DNA of 64,000 nt, from contig OZ242372.1 in NCBI GenBank assembly GCA_965209035.1, positions 1,472,001 to 1,536,000 on the forward strand. Direction: 5' to 3'. This stretch comes from Gammaproteobacteria bacterium. Its GTDB lineage: Bacteria; Pseudomonadota; Gammaproteobacteria; CBDBNL01; JAAOII01. Position 1 is the first letter of the stretch. Each line of letters starts with the position of its first letter. The translations under genes and the position numbers were made by a program. Under the pieces are notes generated by a model. It was not told the origin of the DNA and did not search any database. It was given only the letters and a program-made list of their open reading frames with translations. Positions 21,000-30,636 of this stretch are shown one piece after another.

Positions 21000-21222
21000 T
21001 TTTTTCGGTTCCAAATAATGACTTATTTTAGCATGAACGGATGCCGCGACTGCATCGGCCGCACCCCTGTATAATCCCCTCCAATCCTTAGCATGGCAAC
21101 TCTTATGTGGCATCTTTGCTTTCAAGTTGAAACCGCTCACCGAAAAACCGTGTCAACGGGCAATCGTACTTGGAAAACACAAGGCGGAAGCCTATTCCAT
21201 AGAATAAATCAAAAACCTTCTT

Positions 21223-22194
21223 GTGTTCTATTTGTTCTATCCGTCGCTGCTTGTCTTGGGCTTGGCTCTGCTGATCTGGGGTGCCGGTATGCTGATCCGC
21301 GGTGCCGAATCTCTTGCCGGCACCTTTGGCATTTCTTATGCCGTCATAGGCGCTCTGGTGCTCGGCTTCGGCACTTCCATGCCGGAACTTGCCATATCGG
21401 TTGCGGCCGCCATTAATCAAACGCCGGAAATCGCCTATGGCAACGCCGTTGGCTCCAACATCGCCAACAGCGCGTTAATTCTCGGGACGGCCGCGGTGCT
21501 CTCCGCATCGCCGGTGATCTTTGCGGGCAACCTCTTGCGTAATCAGTTACTGCTCAACTTAATGGCGGTCCTTGTATTTGTCGCCGCCTGCTTATCCGGG
21601 TATCTTGGCACCTGGCAAGCGTTGATCTTTTTAACGGGTTTCGCCTTCTGTGTGCGCGTTATTTTGCGAACCCGTCAAAAAGAAGAGCCTGGGGCGGAAG
21701 CAACCGGAGAGAAACAAGCAAAACTCTCCTTTTTGATTCCGCGGATCCTCCTTGGACTTGTTACCGTCGTGGTGGCTTCCCAACTGACGGTCATCGGCGC
21801 CGGGGAGAGCGCGCATCTGCTCGGGGTGTCGGAGCAATTGATCGCACTTAGTCTGGTGGCATTCGGCACCTCGCTGCCCGAATTGGTCATCACCATTCGT
21901 CTTGCCAAACGCAATCACTCGGAACTCATTCTCGGCAATCTGCTGGGCTCCAACATTTTTAATCTCTTTCTGGTGCTGCCTGTGGCGCATCTGTTTGTGC
22001 CGTTTGCATTACCCGCGGAAGATTTTTTACGCGACGGCGGCACTTTGCTGCTGACAACCCTGTTATTTTTCTTCTTTTGTTTTTCAAGAAGCGGGCAACG
22101 CAAACTGGGTAAAACGCAAGGGGTGATTTTGTTATGTGTTTACTTTGCTTATATTCTGTCATTGACCGAAAGCGGTTTGCGCATAATCTCATAA
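21223..22194 (+). CDS. Calcium/sodium antiporter (CaCA, YrbG-like)
   Basis: Two alpha-repeats: GTSMPE..GNAVGSNIAN and GTSLPE..GNLLGSNIFN. Confidence 0.93.
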   Translation: MFYLFYPSLLVLGLALLIWGAGMLIRGAESLAGTFGISYAVIGALVLGFGTSMPELAISVAAAINQTPEIAYGNAVGSNIANSALILGTAAVLSASPVIFAGNLLRNQLLLNLMAVLVFVAACLSGYLGTWQALIFLTGFAFCVRVILRTRQKEEPGAEATGEKQAKLSFLIPRILLGLVTVVVASQLTVIGAGESAHLLGVSEQLIALSLVAFGTSLPELVITIRLAKRNHSELILGNLLGSNIFNLFLVLPVAHLFVPFALPAEDFLRDGGTLLLTTLLFFFFCFSRSGQRKLGKTQGVILLCVYFAYILSLTESGLRIIS

Positions 22195-22496
22195 AGGTTC
22201 CGGACTCTGAGTTTGGTATGGTGCGTCCTCAAATTAAAGAGCCGGCGATTCGCGGCGATTCGCGGCGGTTAGAGGCTCTGGCGGACGGGTCGCAAATAGA
22301 TGTGGAGCTAAGATAAATGAAACGGGCAAGCAAGACGCATAGTTGTTTTGCTAAGGATATGCCGGCATTCAACGCCAAGTTCATCGCATGGCTGGCTTGG
22401 TATCATCGCGAACGTCCTCATTATGCTCTCAAACAGCTCTCGCCGTTCCGGTTTTTACCAAAACAAAAAAGTACGAAAATGGGTGGAGATGATACA
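22180..22496 (+). mobile_element. Internally deleted (MITE-like) copy of the IS481-like element at 11949-12673
   Basis: Matches the reverse complement of both ends of that element (TTCCGGACTC..GTGCGTCCTCAAATTAAAGAGCCGGCG..GACGCATAGTTGTTTTGCT joined to AAGGATATGCCGGC..ATGGGTGG..ATACA). Confidence 0.88.
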
Positions 22497-22581
22497 ATTT
22501 GCGTTTCTCCTCCTTATAATAATTAATGATGACAAAGTTATTAAGGTTATTCGTTAAAAAATTCAATATAAAAGGGGAGTT

Positions 22582-23604
22582 ATGACAGTATTATTTTTGA
22601 TATTAATCGTTCTTGCAGTCATCGTCGTTGGCGGCTTATTGTATCTTTATTCCCTGCCCGCGGACTACAAGGTCAGCAGAACCCGAACGATGCATGTGTC
22701 GGCGGAAAAAGTTTTCAATCGTGTTTTGGACTTTCGTTCCTGGGGCGAATGGAGTCCTTGGCTCATGCACGAACCGACCGCCGAACGGAAGTTTGGCGAC
22801 GAGGCGGAAGTGACCGAAGTCGGCGGGTTTTACACATGGAGTGGCAAGGCCATTGGAGCGGGGAAATTGACACATGTCGGGATTGAAAAGCCGGTTCATA
22901 TAGAACAAAAAATCGAATTCAGAAAACCTTTTCGCAGCGTATGCAAGGTGGAATGGGCATTTGCCACAACGCAAAAAGGCGGGGCGGAATTCACCGAAGT
23001 AACCTGGAGCATGCAAGGACGAATGCCTTTTCTCTTTCGTTTCATGACAAAGAAGATGGACGGGATGATTGGGATGGATTATGAGATGGGACTCCTAATG
23101 CTTAACCGATTATTGGACGGCCGGGCGGACCGATTTGAGTTGGATTTTACCGGCAAGGTTAGCCGACCCGCGAGTATTGCCGCCTATGCGGCATGCAGCG
23201 GTTCTATGTCCGAACTGGCTGTGACTATGAAACAGGCTTTTGACAAGGTATTTGGAATTCTCAAGCAACGGAATATCCAACCGGTCGGGCCGGCATTTGC
23301 CGCATACCATAAAGTCAATATGAAAAAAACGCATTGCACATATGATTGTGCAATTCCCGTTGACGAGTCGGTCGGCGATACCACTTACACCAAAAACTAC
23401 CCGGGCGGCGAATATTTTAAGATCCGCTATCGCGGCGGTTACGATTATATGAAACATGTCTGGTATGCGGCCATGAGTCATGTCCGGATGAACAAATACA
23501 AATGGGACAGATCGCGCCCGCCTTTGGAAGTTTACGAAAAAGACATGACAAAAACCGACACGCCGAATGACTATGTCACGGATATTTATGTTCCGATCAA
23601 GTAA
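22582..23604 (+). CDS. SRPBCC + GyrI-like ligand-binding domain membrane-anchored protein
   Basis: N-terminal TM, DFRSWGEWSPW, IGMDYEMGL, and a C-terminal GyrI-like region (YRGGYD, PLEVY, VTDIYVPIK). Confidence 0.82.
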   Translation: MTVLFLILIVLAVIVVGGLLYLYSLPADYKVSRTRTMHVSAEKVFNRVLDFRSWGEWSPWLMHEPTAERKFGDEAEVTEVGGFYTWSGKAIGAGKLTHVGIEKPVHIEQKIEFRKPFRSVCKVEWAFATTQKGGAEFTEVTWSMQGRMPFLFRFMTKKMDGMIGMDYEMGLLMLNRLLDGRADRFELDFTGKVSRPASIAAYAACSGSMSELAVTMKQAFDKVFGILKQRNIQPVGPAFAAYHKVNMKKTHCTYDCAIPVDESVGDTTYTKNYPGGEYFKIRYRGGYDYMKHVWYAAMSHVRMNKYKWDRSRPPLEVYEKDMTKTDTPNDYVTDIYVPIK

Positions 23605-24226
23605 GACACCCCGTTGCCGCAATTTAGTTTGCGGTTATCTCGCTCTCGTTCTTTTATTATCCGGCACCACTCTCAAGGCAGAGGCGGCCGAAGTCAAAGC
23701 CATTTTTGCCGGGGGCTGCTTCTGGTGTATGGAACAGGCTTTTGATGCTGTGGAAGGCGTCACACAGACTCTGGCCGGCTATACGGGAGGAAAATTGGAA
23801 AATCCCACCTATAATCAGGTGGGTTCCGATAATACCGGCCATCGCGAAGCCCTCCTGGTCTATTATGACGACGAGAAAGTGAGCTACCCGCAACTTTTGG
23901 ATGTTTTCTGGAAAAATATTGATCCCCTTGACGACAAGGGACAATTCTGTGACAAAGGTTTTTCTTATACGAGCGCCATTTTTTACCTCAGCAAGGAACA
24001 GCAAGCGGCCGCCTTGGCAAGTAAAAAGGAATTGATCGCAAGCAAGGTCCTGAAAAAGAAACCGCTGACACCCATCATCAAAGCGGGTAAGTTTTACTTG
24101 GCGGAAGATTATCATCAAGATTACTACATTCGCAATCCGCTCAAGTACACCTATTACAAATACGGTTGCCGCAGACCCCAGCGTCTTAAGGAACTCTGGG
24201 GAGATGCCGAAAAAACATCCGGATAA
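23567..24226 (+). CDS. msrA: Peptide methionine sulfoxide reductase A, with signal peptide
   Basis: FAGGCFWCME, GYTGG, GQFCDKG and AEDYHQDYY motifs; start uncertain. Confidence 0.95.
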   Translation: MTMSRIFMFRSSKTPRCRNLVCGYLALVLLLSGTTLKAEAAEVKAIFAGGCFWCMEQAFDAVEGVTQTLAGYTGGKLENPTYNQVGSDNTGHREALLVYYDDEKVSYPQLLDVFWKNIDPLDDKGQFCDKGFSYTSAIFYLSKEQQAAALASKKELIASKVLKKKPLTPIIKAGKFYLAEDYHQDYYIRNPLKYTYYKYGCRRPQRLKELWGDAEKTSG

Positions 24227-24297
24227 GGCTTATCGTATTAAAACGATGGCATTAAAAAGAAAAAAGATGACGAATCAATTGATTACAAAAAAATGTA

Positions 24298-24800
24298 GGG
24301 GGCCAGGCTAATTGAGAGGTAAAACATAAGCATAAATGCCGGTAAATACAAGGAAAAATCGGTATGTTTTCCGCTCAAGAATTTCGGCGAGGAAATTTCG
24401 GCAGATGATCAAGCTATTTGCCCCGGATCTTGATGCCAATAAAATAGCCATGCTGACCGGATTAAATCGTAATACGGTGAACAAATATTTGATGATGTTT
24501 CGGCAACGGCTGGCGGCGGCGTGTGGTTACCCCCAAAAATCTTGTGGTGAATTTGAAGTGGGTGAGAGTTATTTTGGACCAAAACATGTTTCCGGTCCTC
24601 GTGGTCGCGGTGCCGGCAGCAAGACCATGGTCGTTGGTGTGCTCAAACGCGGTGGCAAAGTGTCTGCGGAGATTGTGCCGGACTGCTTAAAAAGCCGCAA
24701 AAAGCCGGTTATTACGCGTGATTCGTGGTCATGTGGGCGAGGATAGCATCATCCGCACGGATAGCCGGAAGGGTTAGAATGGATTGATTGATAGGGGCTA
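24298..24800 (+). mobile_element. IS1595-family (IS1016-like) transposase pseudogene
   Basis: KNRYVFRSRISARKFR, EVGESYFG (catalytic D lost), RGRGAGSKT, then a frameshift; paralogous to 53761-54462. Confidence 0.85.
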
Positions 24801-24891
24801 TCAGAATTCTGGAAGTTAGGTTATGATTGTTATGATTAAAGAAACAAACGATTTATACTTTATAAAAACACCAATTAATAGCCACTAAAAA

Positions 24892-27627
24892 ATGAGAAAT
24901 AACTTGAACTTTCACACTGTTCGGTCGGCAAAAGAAACATTCGACCGGCGGTCACGCCCGGCATTCGCCCGGGGCCTTAATACTACTTTTAATACCGAGA
25001 TGTCTTTTGGCGGGCGGGTTGCATTGCATGCATCGCCGCCAAGGGCCGCCCTTAATCCTATTTTGCGGCGAACGCCGCGACAATCTCGTTCATACATATA
25101 TACCGTTCTGCTGACGGGCATGCTGGGCTTTGCTTTGCTCCTGGCCGGCTGTGGCGGCGGTGGTGGTGGCGGTTCCGGTGGCCCCGGTGGTCCCGGTGGC
25201 CCCGGTGGCCCCGGTGGCCCCGGTTCCGGTGGTGCCTCTCTTCCCGGCGTTTCCAACCTAAAAATTATTCCGGCCGAAGAAAGGTTGCGGCTCAGTTGGA
25301 CCAATCCGAATCGTACCGATATCAGCGACTTCAGGATCAGTTGGGTGAGTACGACTCCGCCCAAATCAGACTCGAAACTTACCGGAGATGCGGCGAATAA
25401 GACCGCCCTGGCGATGACGAGCTATGTGCTTGATAACTTGACAGACGGTATCGATTACACGGTCAGCGTGTCCATCCTGTATGAAGGCGGCGGCGTATCC
25501 GGGGTGGTCCCGGGTTCGATGAGTCAGCCCGGGAAAAACACGGACGGTGATGCCCTGCCGGATAGTCTGGATCCGGACGCTGACAATGATGGTTTTCCGG
25601 ATGTGGCAAACGCGACCACAGCCGCGGACAACTGCCCCTTGACTTACAATCCAAAACAAGCCAACACGGACAAGATGCTGCCGGGTGGTGGCGATGCACT
25701 AGGCGATGTCTGTGACCAGGACGATGATAATGATGGTTTTCCGGATGTGGCAAACGCGACGACGCCGGCGGATGTGGATGGCAATGGTAATGGCCTCATA
25801 GAAATCCGTTATTTGGATGACTTGGCGCAGCTGCGCGGCGATCTGAATGGCGAGGGGGATGATGATGATGAGAATGACGGGATTACCGCGGTGGGCACTG
25901 CGGGCTGTCCGAGTTTCGGCTGTAAGGGTTACGAACTGACCCGCACGCTGAATTTTAGCGATCCGGATTCTTATGCCGACGATGTGGTCAATACTGCCTG
26001 GACGAGTGGCAGCGGCTGGCAGCCGATCGGATCCTGTTTTTTCAATATGAGTTGTCCTCTTACCTATACGGCTGTGTTTAATGGCAGAGGTTATGTTCTT
26101 GCCGATCTGTTCATTTCTGCGGCTAATAGTGCCCGCGGAGTGGGTTTGTTCGGCGCGTTCAACGGCACCCTTCAAAATCTGCATCTCCAAAATGCAAATG
26201 TCCGTGGCGGTGACAGTGATCTGGGTGCGCTGGTAGGCAAGGGCAGGCGGGGGCGTTATGAGAATCTGTCGGTTACGGGTGGCAGTGTGAGGAGTGCGCG
26301 TGCCGACAGAGTGGGCGGCCTGATTGGGGATGGTGAAGAGTCTGATATTCGCTATGCCAATGTGTCCGGTATCGATGTTGCCGGAGTTAGAGATGTTGGC
26401 GGCCTGGTCGGGAATGGTCGGCGGTCTAATATTGGTGATGCCGGCGCGTCCGGCACAGGTGTTACCGGCACCAGAATTAATGTCGGCGGTCTGGTTGGAG
26501 ACGGGGAGAATTCTATTATTCGCTATGCCCGTGTATCGGATGGATCTGTTTCCACACCCGGCGGCACCTCCAATGTCGGCGGTCTGGTCGGGAATGGCCG
26601 GTATTCTAATATTCATGATGCCCGTGTGTCCGGCATCACTGTTGCCGGCAGAAGAATAGTTGGCGGCCTGGTCGGGAATGGTCAGTATTCCAATATTCGT
26701 TATGCCGAGGTGTCCGGCGCAAGTGTTGCCGGAACCGGTCGTACCGGTGGCGGTAATATCGGCGGATTGGTTGGAAGTGGGGAGAATTCTAATATTCGCT
26801 ATGCCCATGTATCGGACGGCGATGTTTCCGGACGCATCAGAGTTGGTGGCTTGGTTGGGGGTGGCCAGCTGGTTAATATTAGTTATGCCGGTGTATCCGG
26901 CGTAGATGTTGTCGGCACCGAAAATAATGTTGGCGGTCTGGTTGGGCTTGGTAATTATGCCAGAATTGGCTATGCTTATGTGCTCGGCGGAAGTGTTGAG
27001 GCGAATCGGGTTGTTGGCGGCCTGGTTGGGGATGGAACGAATACTCTGATTTATTATTCTTATGCCGCCAGCGGGGAAGTTTCGGCTTCGGCTATGTCCG
27101 AACCTATTGTTGGTGGCATGTTCGGCCATGCCTCTTATGGCGAACCCGATGCCAGCAGTCTCAGGTGTGTTGATAATGTTACTTATTTGGCGGAAGTTTG
27201 TGCGTTCAATCCGGCAAGTCTCGCCTGTGTTCCCGGTGCTATTCATTTAGAGGCGGAAGTGTGCTACATAAACACAACAAATCCCACTTATGATGATTCC
27301 GATGCCACCGATGCCATTGATTCCTATTGGGATACGGAAACTACCGGGCAGGCAACCAGTGCCGGCAGAGACGGCAGGCGCGGCGCGGGCAAAACGACCG
27401 CGGAATTACAAAACCCGATTATGTTCACAGGCATCTATGCCGACTGGGGCAACTTCTGGTGTGATCCAAGGACGGGCGATGAGATAATAAGCACCTCCCC
27501 TTCCTCTTTGCCCGCCCCTTATGTTCGTGTCTGGGATCTGGGCGCCGCCGACCAATACCCCGTCCTGAACTGCCTGCCTGTCAGTGCAGAACAGCAGCAA
27601 GAAGAACAACAACAGCAGCAGCAGTAG
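24892..27627 (+). CDS. Surface lipoprotein paralog 2 (long leader, (GGP)n linker, Fn3-like, TSP3-like, about 12 GLUG repeats, poly-Q tail)
   Basis: LAGC-GGGGGG lipobox, WTNP, DNCP/GDVCD/DxDNDG and repeated VGGLVG; ends YPVLNCLPVS + Q-rich tail. Confidence 0.9.
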   Translation: MRNNLNFHTVRSAKETFDRRSRPAFARGLNTTFNTEMSFGGRVALHASPPRAALNPILRRTPRQSRSYIYTVLLTGMLGFALLLAGCGGGGGGGSGGPGGPGGPGGPGGPGSGGASLPGVSNLKIIPAEERLRLSWTNPNRTDISDFRISWVSTTPPKSDSKLTGDAANKTALAMTSYVLDNLTDGIDYTVSVSILYEGGGVSGVVPGSMSQPGKNTDGDALPDSLDPDADNDGFPDVANATTAADNCPLTYNPKQANTDKMLPGGGDALGDVCDQDDDNDGFPDVANATTPADVDGNGNGLIEIRYLDDLAQLRGDLNGEGDDDDENDGITAVGTAGCPSFGCKGYELTRTLNFSDPDSYADDVVNTAWTSGSGWQPIGSCFFNMSCPLTYTAVFNGRGYVLADLFISAANSARGVGLFGAFNGTLQNLHLQNANVRGGDSDLGALVGKGRRGRYENLSVTGGSVRSARADRVGGLIGDGEESDIRYANVSGIDVAGVRDVGGLVGNGRRSNIGDAGASGTGVTGTRINVGGLVGDGENSIIRYARVSDGSVSTPGGTSNVGGLVGNGRYSNIHDARVSGITVAGRRIVGGLVGNGQYSNIRYAEVSGASVAGTGRTGGGNIGGLVGSGENSNIRYAHVSDGDVSGRIRVGGLVGGGQLVNISYAGVSGVDVVGTENNVGGLVGLGNYARIGYAYVLGGSVEANRVVGGLVGDGTNTLIYYSYAASGEVSASAMSEPIVGGMFGHASYGEPDASSLRCVDNVTYLAEVCAFNPASLACVPGAIHLEAEVCYINTTNPTYDDSDATDAIDSYWDTETTGQATSAGRDGRRGAGKTTAELQNPIMFTGIYADWGNFWCDPRTGDEIISTSPSSLPAPYVRVWDLGAADQYPVLNCLPVSAEQQQEEQQQQQQ
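25176..25230 (+). repeat. 9-bp in-frame tandem repeat GGTGGCCCC encoding (GGP)n
   Basis: About 5 copies visible directly. Confidence 0.85.
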
Positions 27628-27652
27628 CCGGGTGAACCACACAGAACTAACG

Positions 27653-27700
27653 GGCCCAACGGACCAACGGACCAACGGACCAACGGACCAACAGACCAAC
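27653..27700 (+). repeat. 8-bp tandem repeat GGACCAAC x6 (4 perfect)
   Basis: ggcccaac (ggaccaac)4 agaccaac, downstream of paralog 2. Confidence 0.9.
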
Positions 27701-28004
27701 AGATGCTTGCTTCTGTGTGACGCCAAGACACTGCATTTTCGGGGCATTTGCGTGCCGGATTGGATTCGTCCTTTAACTAACTAACTAACAGGTTCTCGGT
27801 TGTTACCCCAACGGCAAACAATCACATAAAGCACATTCCGACGGTGTGCATGTCATGCATAGCCGGACAATTGACGAAATAAGCACAACAGTCCGAAACC
27901 CGGCAAGATGATGCAAACGGATGCATAATTTTGGAAATTAGATTATAATTAAGGAACAAACAATTTATGTTTTATAAAAATACAATTAATAACTACTTAA
28001 AAAA

Positions 28005-30542
28005 ATGAGAAATAAGTTGAACTTTTATTCTGTTCGGTCGGCAAAAACAACATCCGACCGGCTGGTGCGCCCGGCATTCGCCCGGGACCCTAATACTACT
28101 TTTAATACCGGCCTAAATTCAAGGTTGTTTGGCGGGCGAGTTGCATTGCATGCATCGCCGCTCACGGCCGTCCTTAATCATGTTTTGAATCCTGTTTTGC
28201 GGCGAACGCAGCGACAATCTCGTTCACACATACATACCGTTCTGCTGACGGGCATGCTGGGCTTTGCTTTGCTCCTTGCCGGCTGTGGCGGTGGCGGCGG
28301 TGGTGGCGGCAACGGCGTTGATGACCGTGCTGTTTCCAATGTTCAAACTATAGTCACCGGGAATAATATTACCGTGCGTTGGACCAATCCGGAGCAAGAG
28401 AATATCACCGGGTTCACTATTAATTGGGTCAATGTTGGCGATGATGCCAATGCGAGCGATAGCGGCGAAAGGGCACTTAATGCTTCTCTGGCGAATGTTG
28501 CGGCGGGTGCTTCGGATAATACATATCAGATTACGAATCTGGACTATGCTGCCACCTATCGCATCACAGTGACGGTGCTTTATGCGGATCAAGATCCCGC
28601 GGCTTCGGCTCCGACTTCCGTTCATCAAGCCATGACCGGGATGGATCCGGATAACCCCGTTGTTCCTCTCGATCCTGCGGCTGTTTCCAATGTCCAAGCA
28701 ACGGTCACCGGGAATACGATTACCGTGAGTTGGACTAATCCAAACCGGGAGGGTATCACCGGGTTCAATATTACTTGGATCAATGTTGGCGATGATGCCG
28801 ATCCGACCGATCGCAGAGACATAGTACTTACTGATCCCCCGGCTAATGTTGCGGCGGGTGCTGATAATACGGACACCATTACGGATCTAACCTATGCTGC
28901 CACCTATCGCATCACAGTGACGGTGCTTTATGCGGGGCAAGATCCCGCCGCTTCGGGTCCGGTTCAAAGATCGGTAACGATTGATCAGGACCTGACTGAT
29001 ACAGATGATGATGGTGTGGTGGATGCGGATGATAACTGCCAATCGGTGGCGAATCCGGATCAGCTCAATAGCGATACGGATGCGTTAGGCGATGCCTGTG
29101 ATGATGACGATGACGAAGATGGCACACCCGATACGACGGATGTGGATGACAATGATAATGGCCTCATAGAAATTCGTTATTTGGATGACTTGGCGCGGCT
29201 GCGCGTTGATTTGAATGGCGATGGGACGGCTGAGCGATCTGTTACCGGGATTACCGCTGTGGGGTCTGTGGGCTGCCCCGCTAACGGAGGCTGTATCGGT
29301 TACGAACTAACCCGTTCGCTCAATTTTAGCGATACGGCTTCCTATAATGCGAGCAGCGTTAATGTGGGTGTCTGGACAGAACGCAGCGGCAGCGGCTGGA
29401 ATCCGATCGGCTTCTGTTCTAGCGACACTGATTGCACCGCTTATACGGGTATGTTTGATGGTCAGGATTGGACGCTTGCCGATCTGTTCATTGATGCGGA
29501 TACTACTGTGAACGGAGTGGGCTTATTTGCTGCGTTCAACGGCACCCTTCAAAATCTGCATCTCCGAAATGCGGATGTCCGTGGCGGTGACAGTGATCTG
29601 GGCACTCTGGTAGGCAATGGCAGGCGGGGGCGTTATGAGAATCTGTCGGTTACGGGCGGCAGTGTGATGAGTGCGGGTGCCGACAGAGTGGGCGGACTGA
29701 TCGGGGATGGTGAAGAGTCTGATATTCGCTATGTCAGTGTGTCCGGCATCACTGTTTCCGGACAGATCAGAGTTGGTGGCCTGATTGGGAATGGCCAGTC
29801 TGTTAATATTAGTTATGCCGGTGTATCCGGCGTAGATGTTACCGGAACCCAAAGTAATGTCGGCGGTCTGGTTGGAGACGGGGATAATTCTAATATTCGC
29901 TATGCCCATGTATCGGACGGAGATGTTTCCGGACAGACCAACGTTGGTGGCCTGATTGGGAATGGCCAGTCTGTTAATATTAGTTATGCCGGTGTATCCG
30001 GCGTAGATGTTACCGGAACCGGAAATAATGTCGGCGGTCTGGTTGGGATTGGTAATTCTGCTGAAATTCGCTATGCTTATGTGTTCGGCGGAAGTGTTGA
30101 GGGTGAACGGAATGTTGGCGGCCTGGTTGGGGATGGACCGCTGGCTGTGATTGACTATTCTTATACCGCCAGCGGGGAAGTTTCGGCTTTGGCTATGGTC
30201 TCACCTAATGTTGGTGGCTTGCTTGGTGCTGGCTCTCCACGCAGGGTCACTGCTTCCTATTGGGATAGGAACACCACCGAGCAGTCTGCGAGTTCCGGCA
30301 GCGACGGCAGACGCGGCGAAGGCAAAACGACCGCGGAATTACAAAACCCGATCACTTTTTCCGGCAGTATCTATGCCGACTGGGGCAACTTCTGGTGTGA
30401 TCCGGATACGGGTGCTGAGAGCGTAGCGGATACCCGTCCGGCCGGATTCGAAAGCGTCTGGGATCTGGGCGCCAACAACCAATACCCCGTCCTGAACTGC
30501 CTGCCTGTCAGTGCAGAACAGCAGCAAGAACAACAGCAGTAA
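28005..30542 (+). CDS. Surface lipoprotein paralog 3 (two Fn3-like domains, TSP3-like, GLUG repeats, poly-Q tail)
   Basis: Same leader and lipobox as paralog 2; duplicated AVSNVQ..WTNP..YAATYRITVTVLYA; near-identical blocks shared with paralog 2. Confidence 0.9.
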   Translation: MRNKLNFYSVRSAKTTSDRLVRPAFARDPNTTFNTGLNSRLFGGRVALHASPLTAVLNHVLNPVLRRTQRQSRSHIHTVLLTGMLGFALLLAGCGGGGGGGGNGVDDRAVSNVQTIVTGNNITVRWTNPEQENITGFTINWVNVGDDANASDSGERALNASLANVAAGASDNTYQITNLDYAATYRITVTVLYADQDPAASAPTSVHQAMTGMDPDNPVVPLDPAAVSNVQATVTGNTITVSWTNPNREGITGFNITWINVGDDADPTDRRDIVLTDPPANVAAGADNTDTITDLTYAATYRITVTVLYAGQDPAASGPVQRSVTIDQDLTDTDDDGVVDADDNCQSVANPDQLNSDTDALGDACDDDDDEDGTPDTTDVDDNDNGLIEIRYLDDLARLRVDLNGDGTAERSVTGITAVGSVGCPANGGCIGYELTRSLNFSDTASYNASSVNVGVWTERSGSGWNPIGFCSSDTDCTAYTGMFDGQDWTLADLFIDADTTVNGVGLFAAFNGTLQNLHLRNADVRGGDSDLGTLVGNGRRGRYENLSVTGGSVMSAGADRVGGLIGDGEESDIRYVSVSGITVSGQIRVGGLIGNGQSVNISYAGVSGVDVTGTQSNVGGLVGDGDNSNIRYAHVSDGDVSGQTNVGGLIGNGQSVNISYAGVSGVDVTGTGNNVGGLVGIGNSAEIRYAYVFGGSVEGERNVGGLVGDGPLAVIDYSYTASGEVSALAMVSPNVGGLLGAGSPRRVTASYWDRNTTEQSASSGSDGRRGEGKTTAELQNPITFSGSIYADWGNFWCDPDTGAESVADTRPAGFESVWDLGANNQYPVLNCLPVSAEQQQEQQQ

Positions 30543-30636
30543 CCGGGTGAACCAAGCGAACCAACGAATCAATAGATGCTTGCTTCTTGCTTCTGTGTGC
30601 CGGCAGGACATCTCACTGATGACATTATGAAGATGC

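Noticed and set aside
18100-21200. Prophage or intact integrative element
   Set aside because: No integrase, structural or replication genes; only scattered accessory genes and repeat scars
25699-27246. Long antisense ORFs (515 aa here; also 556-1134, 16325-17449, 46244-47362, 52704-53414)
   Set aside because: Shadows of real genes on the opposite strand caused by codon bias and repeats; no recognisable motifs
27653-27700. Mini-CRISPR or iterons
   Set aside because: Contiguous 8-bp microsatellite without spacers; no rep gene nearby
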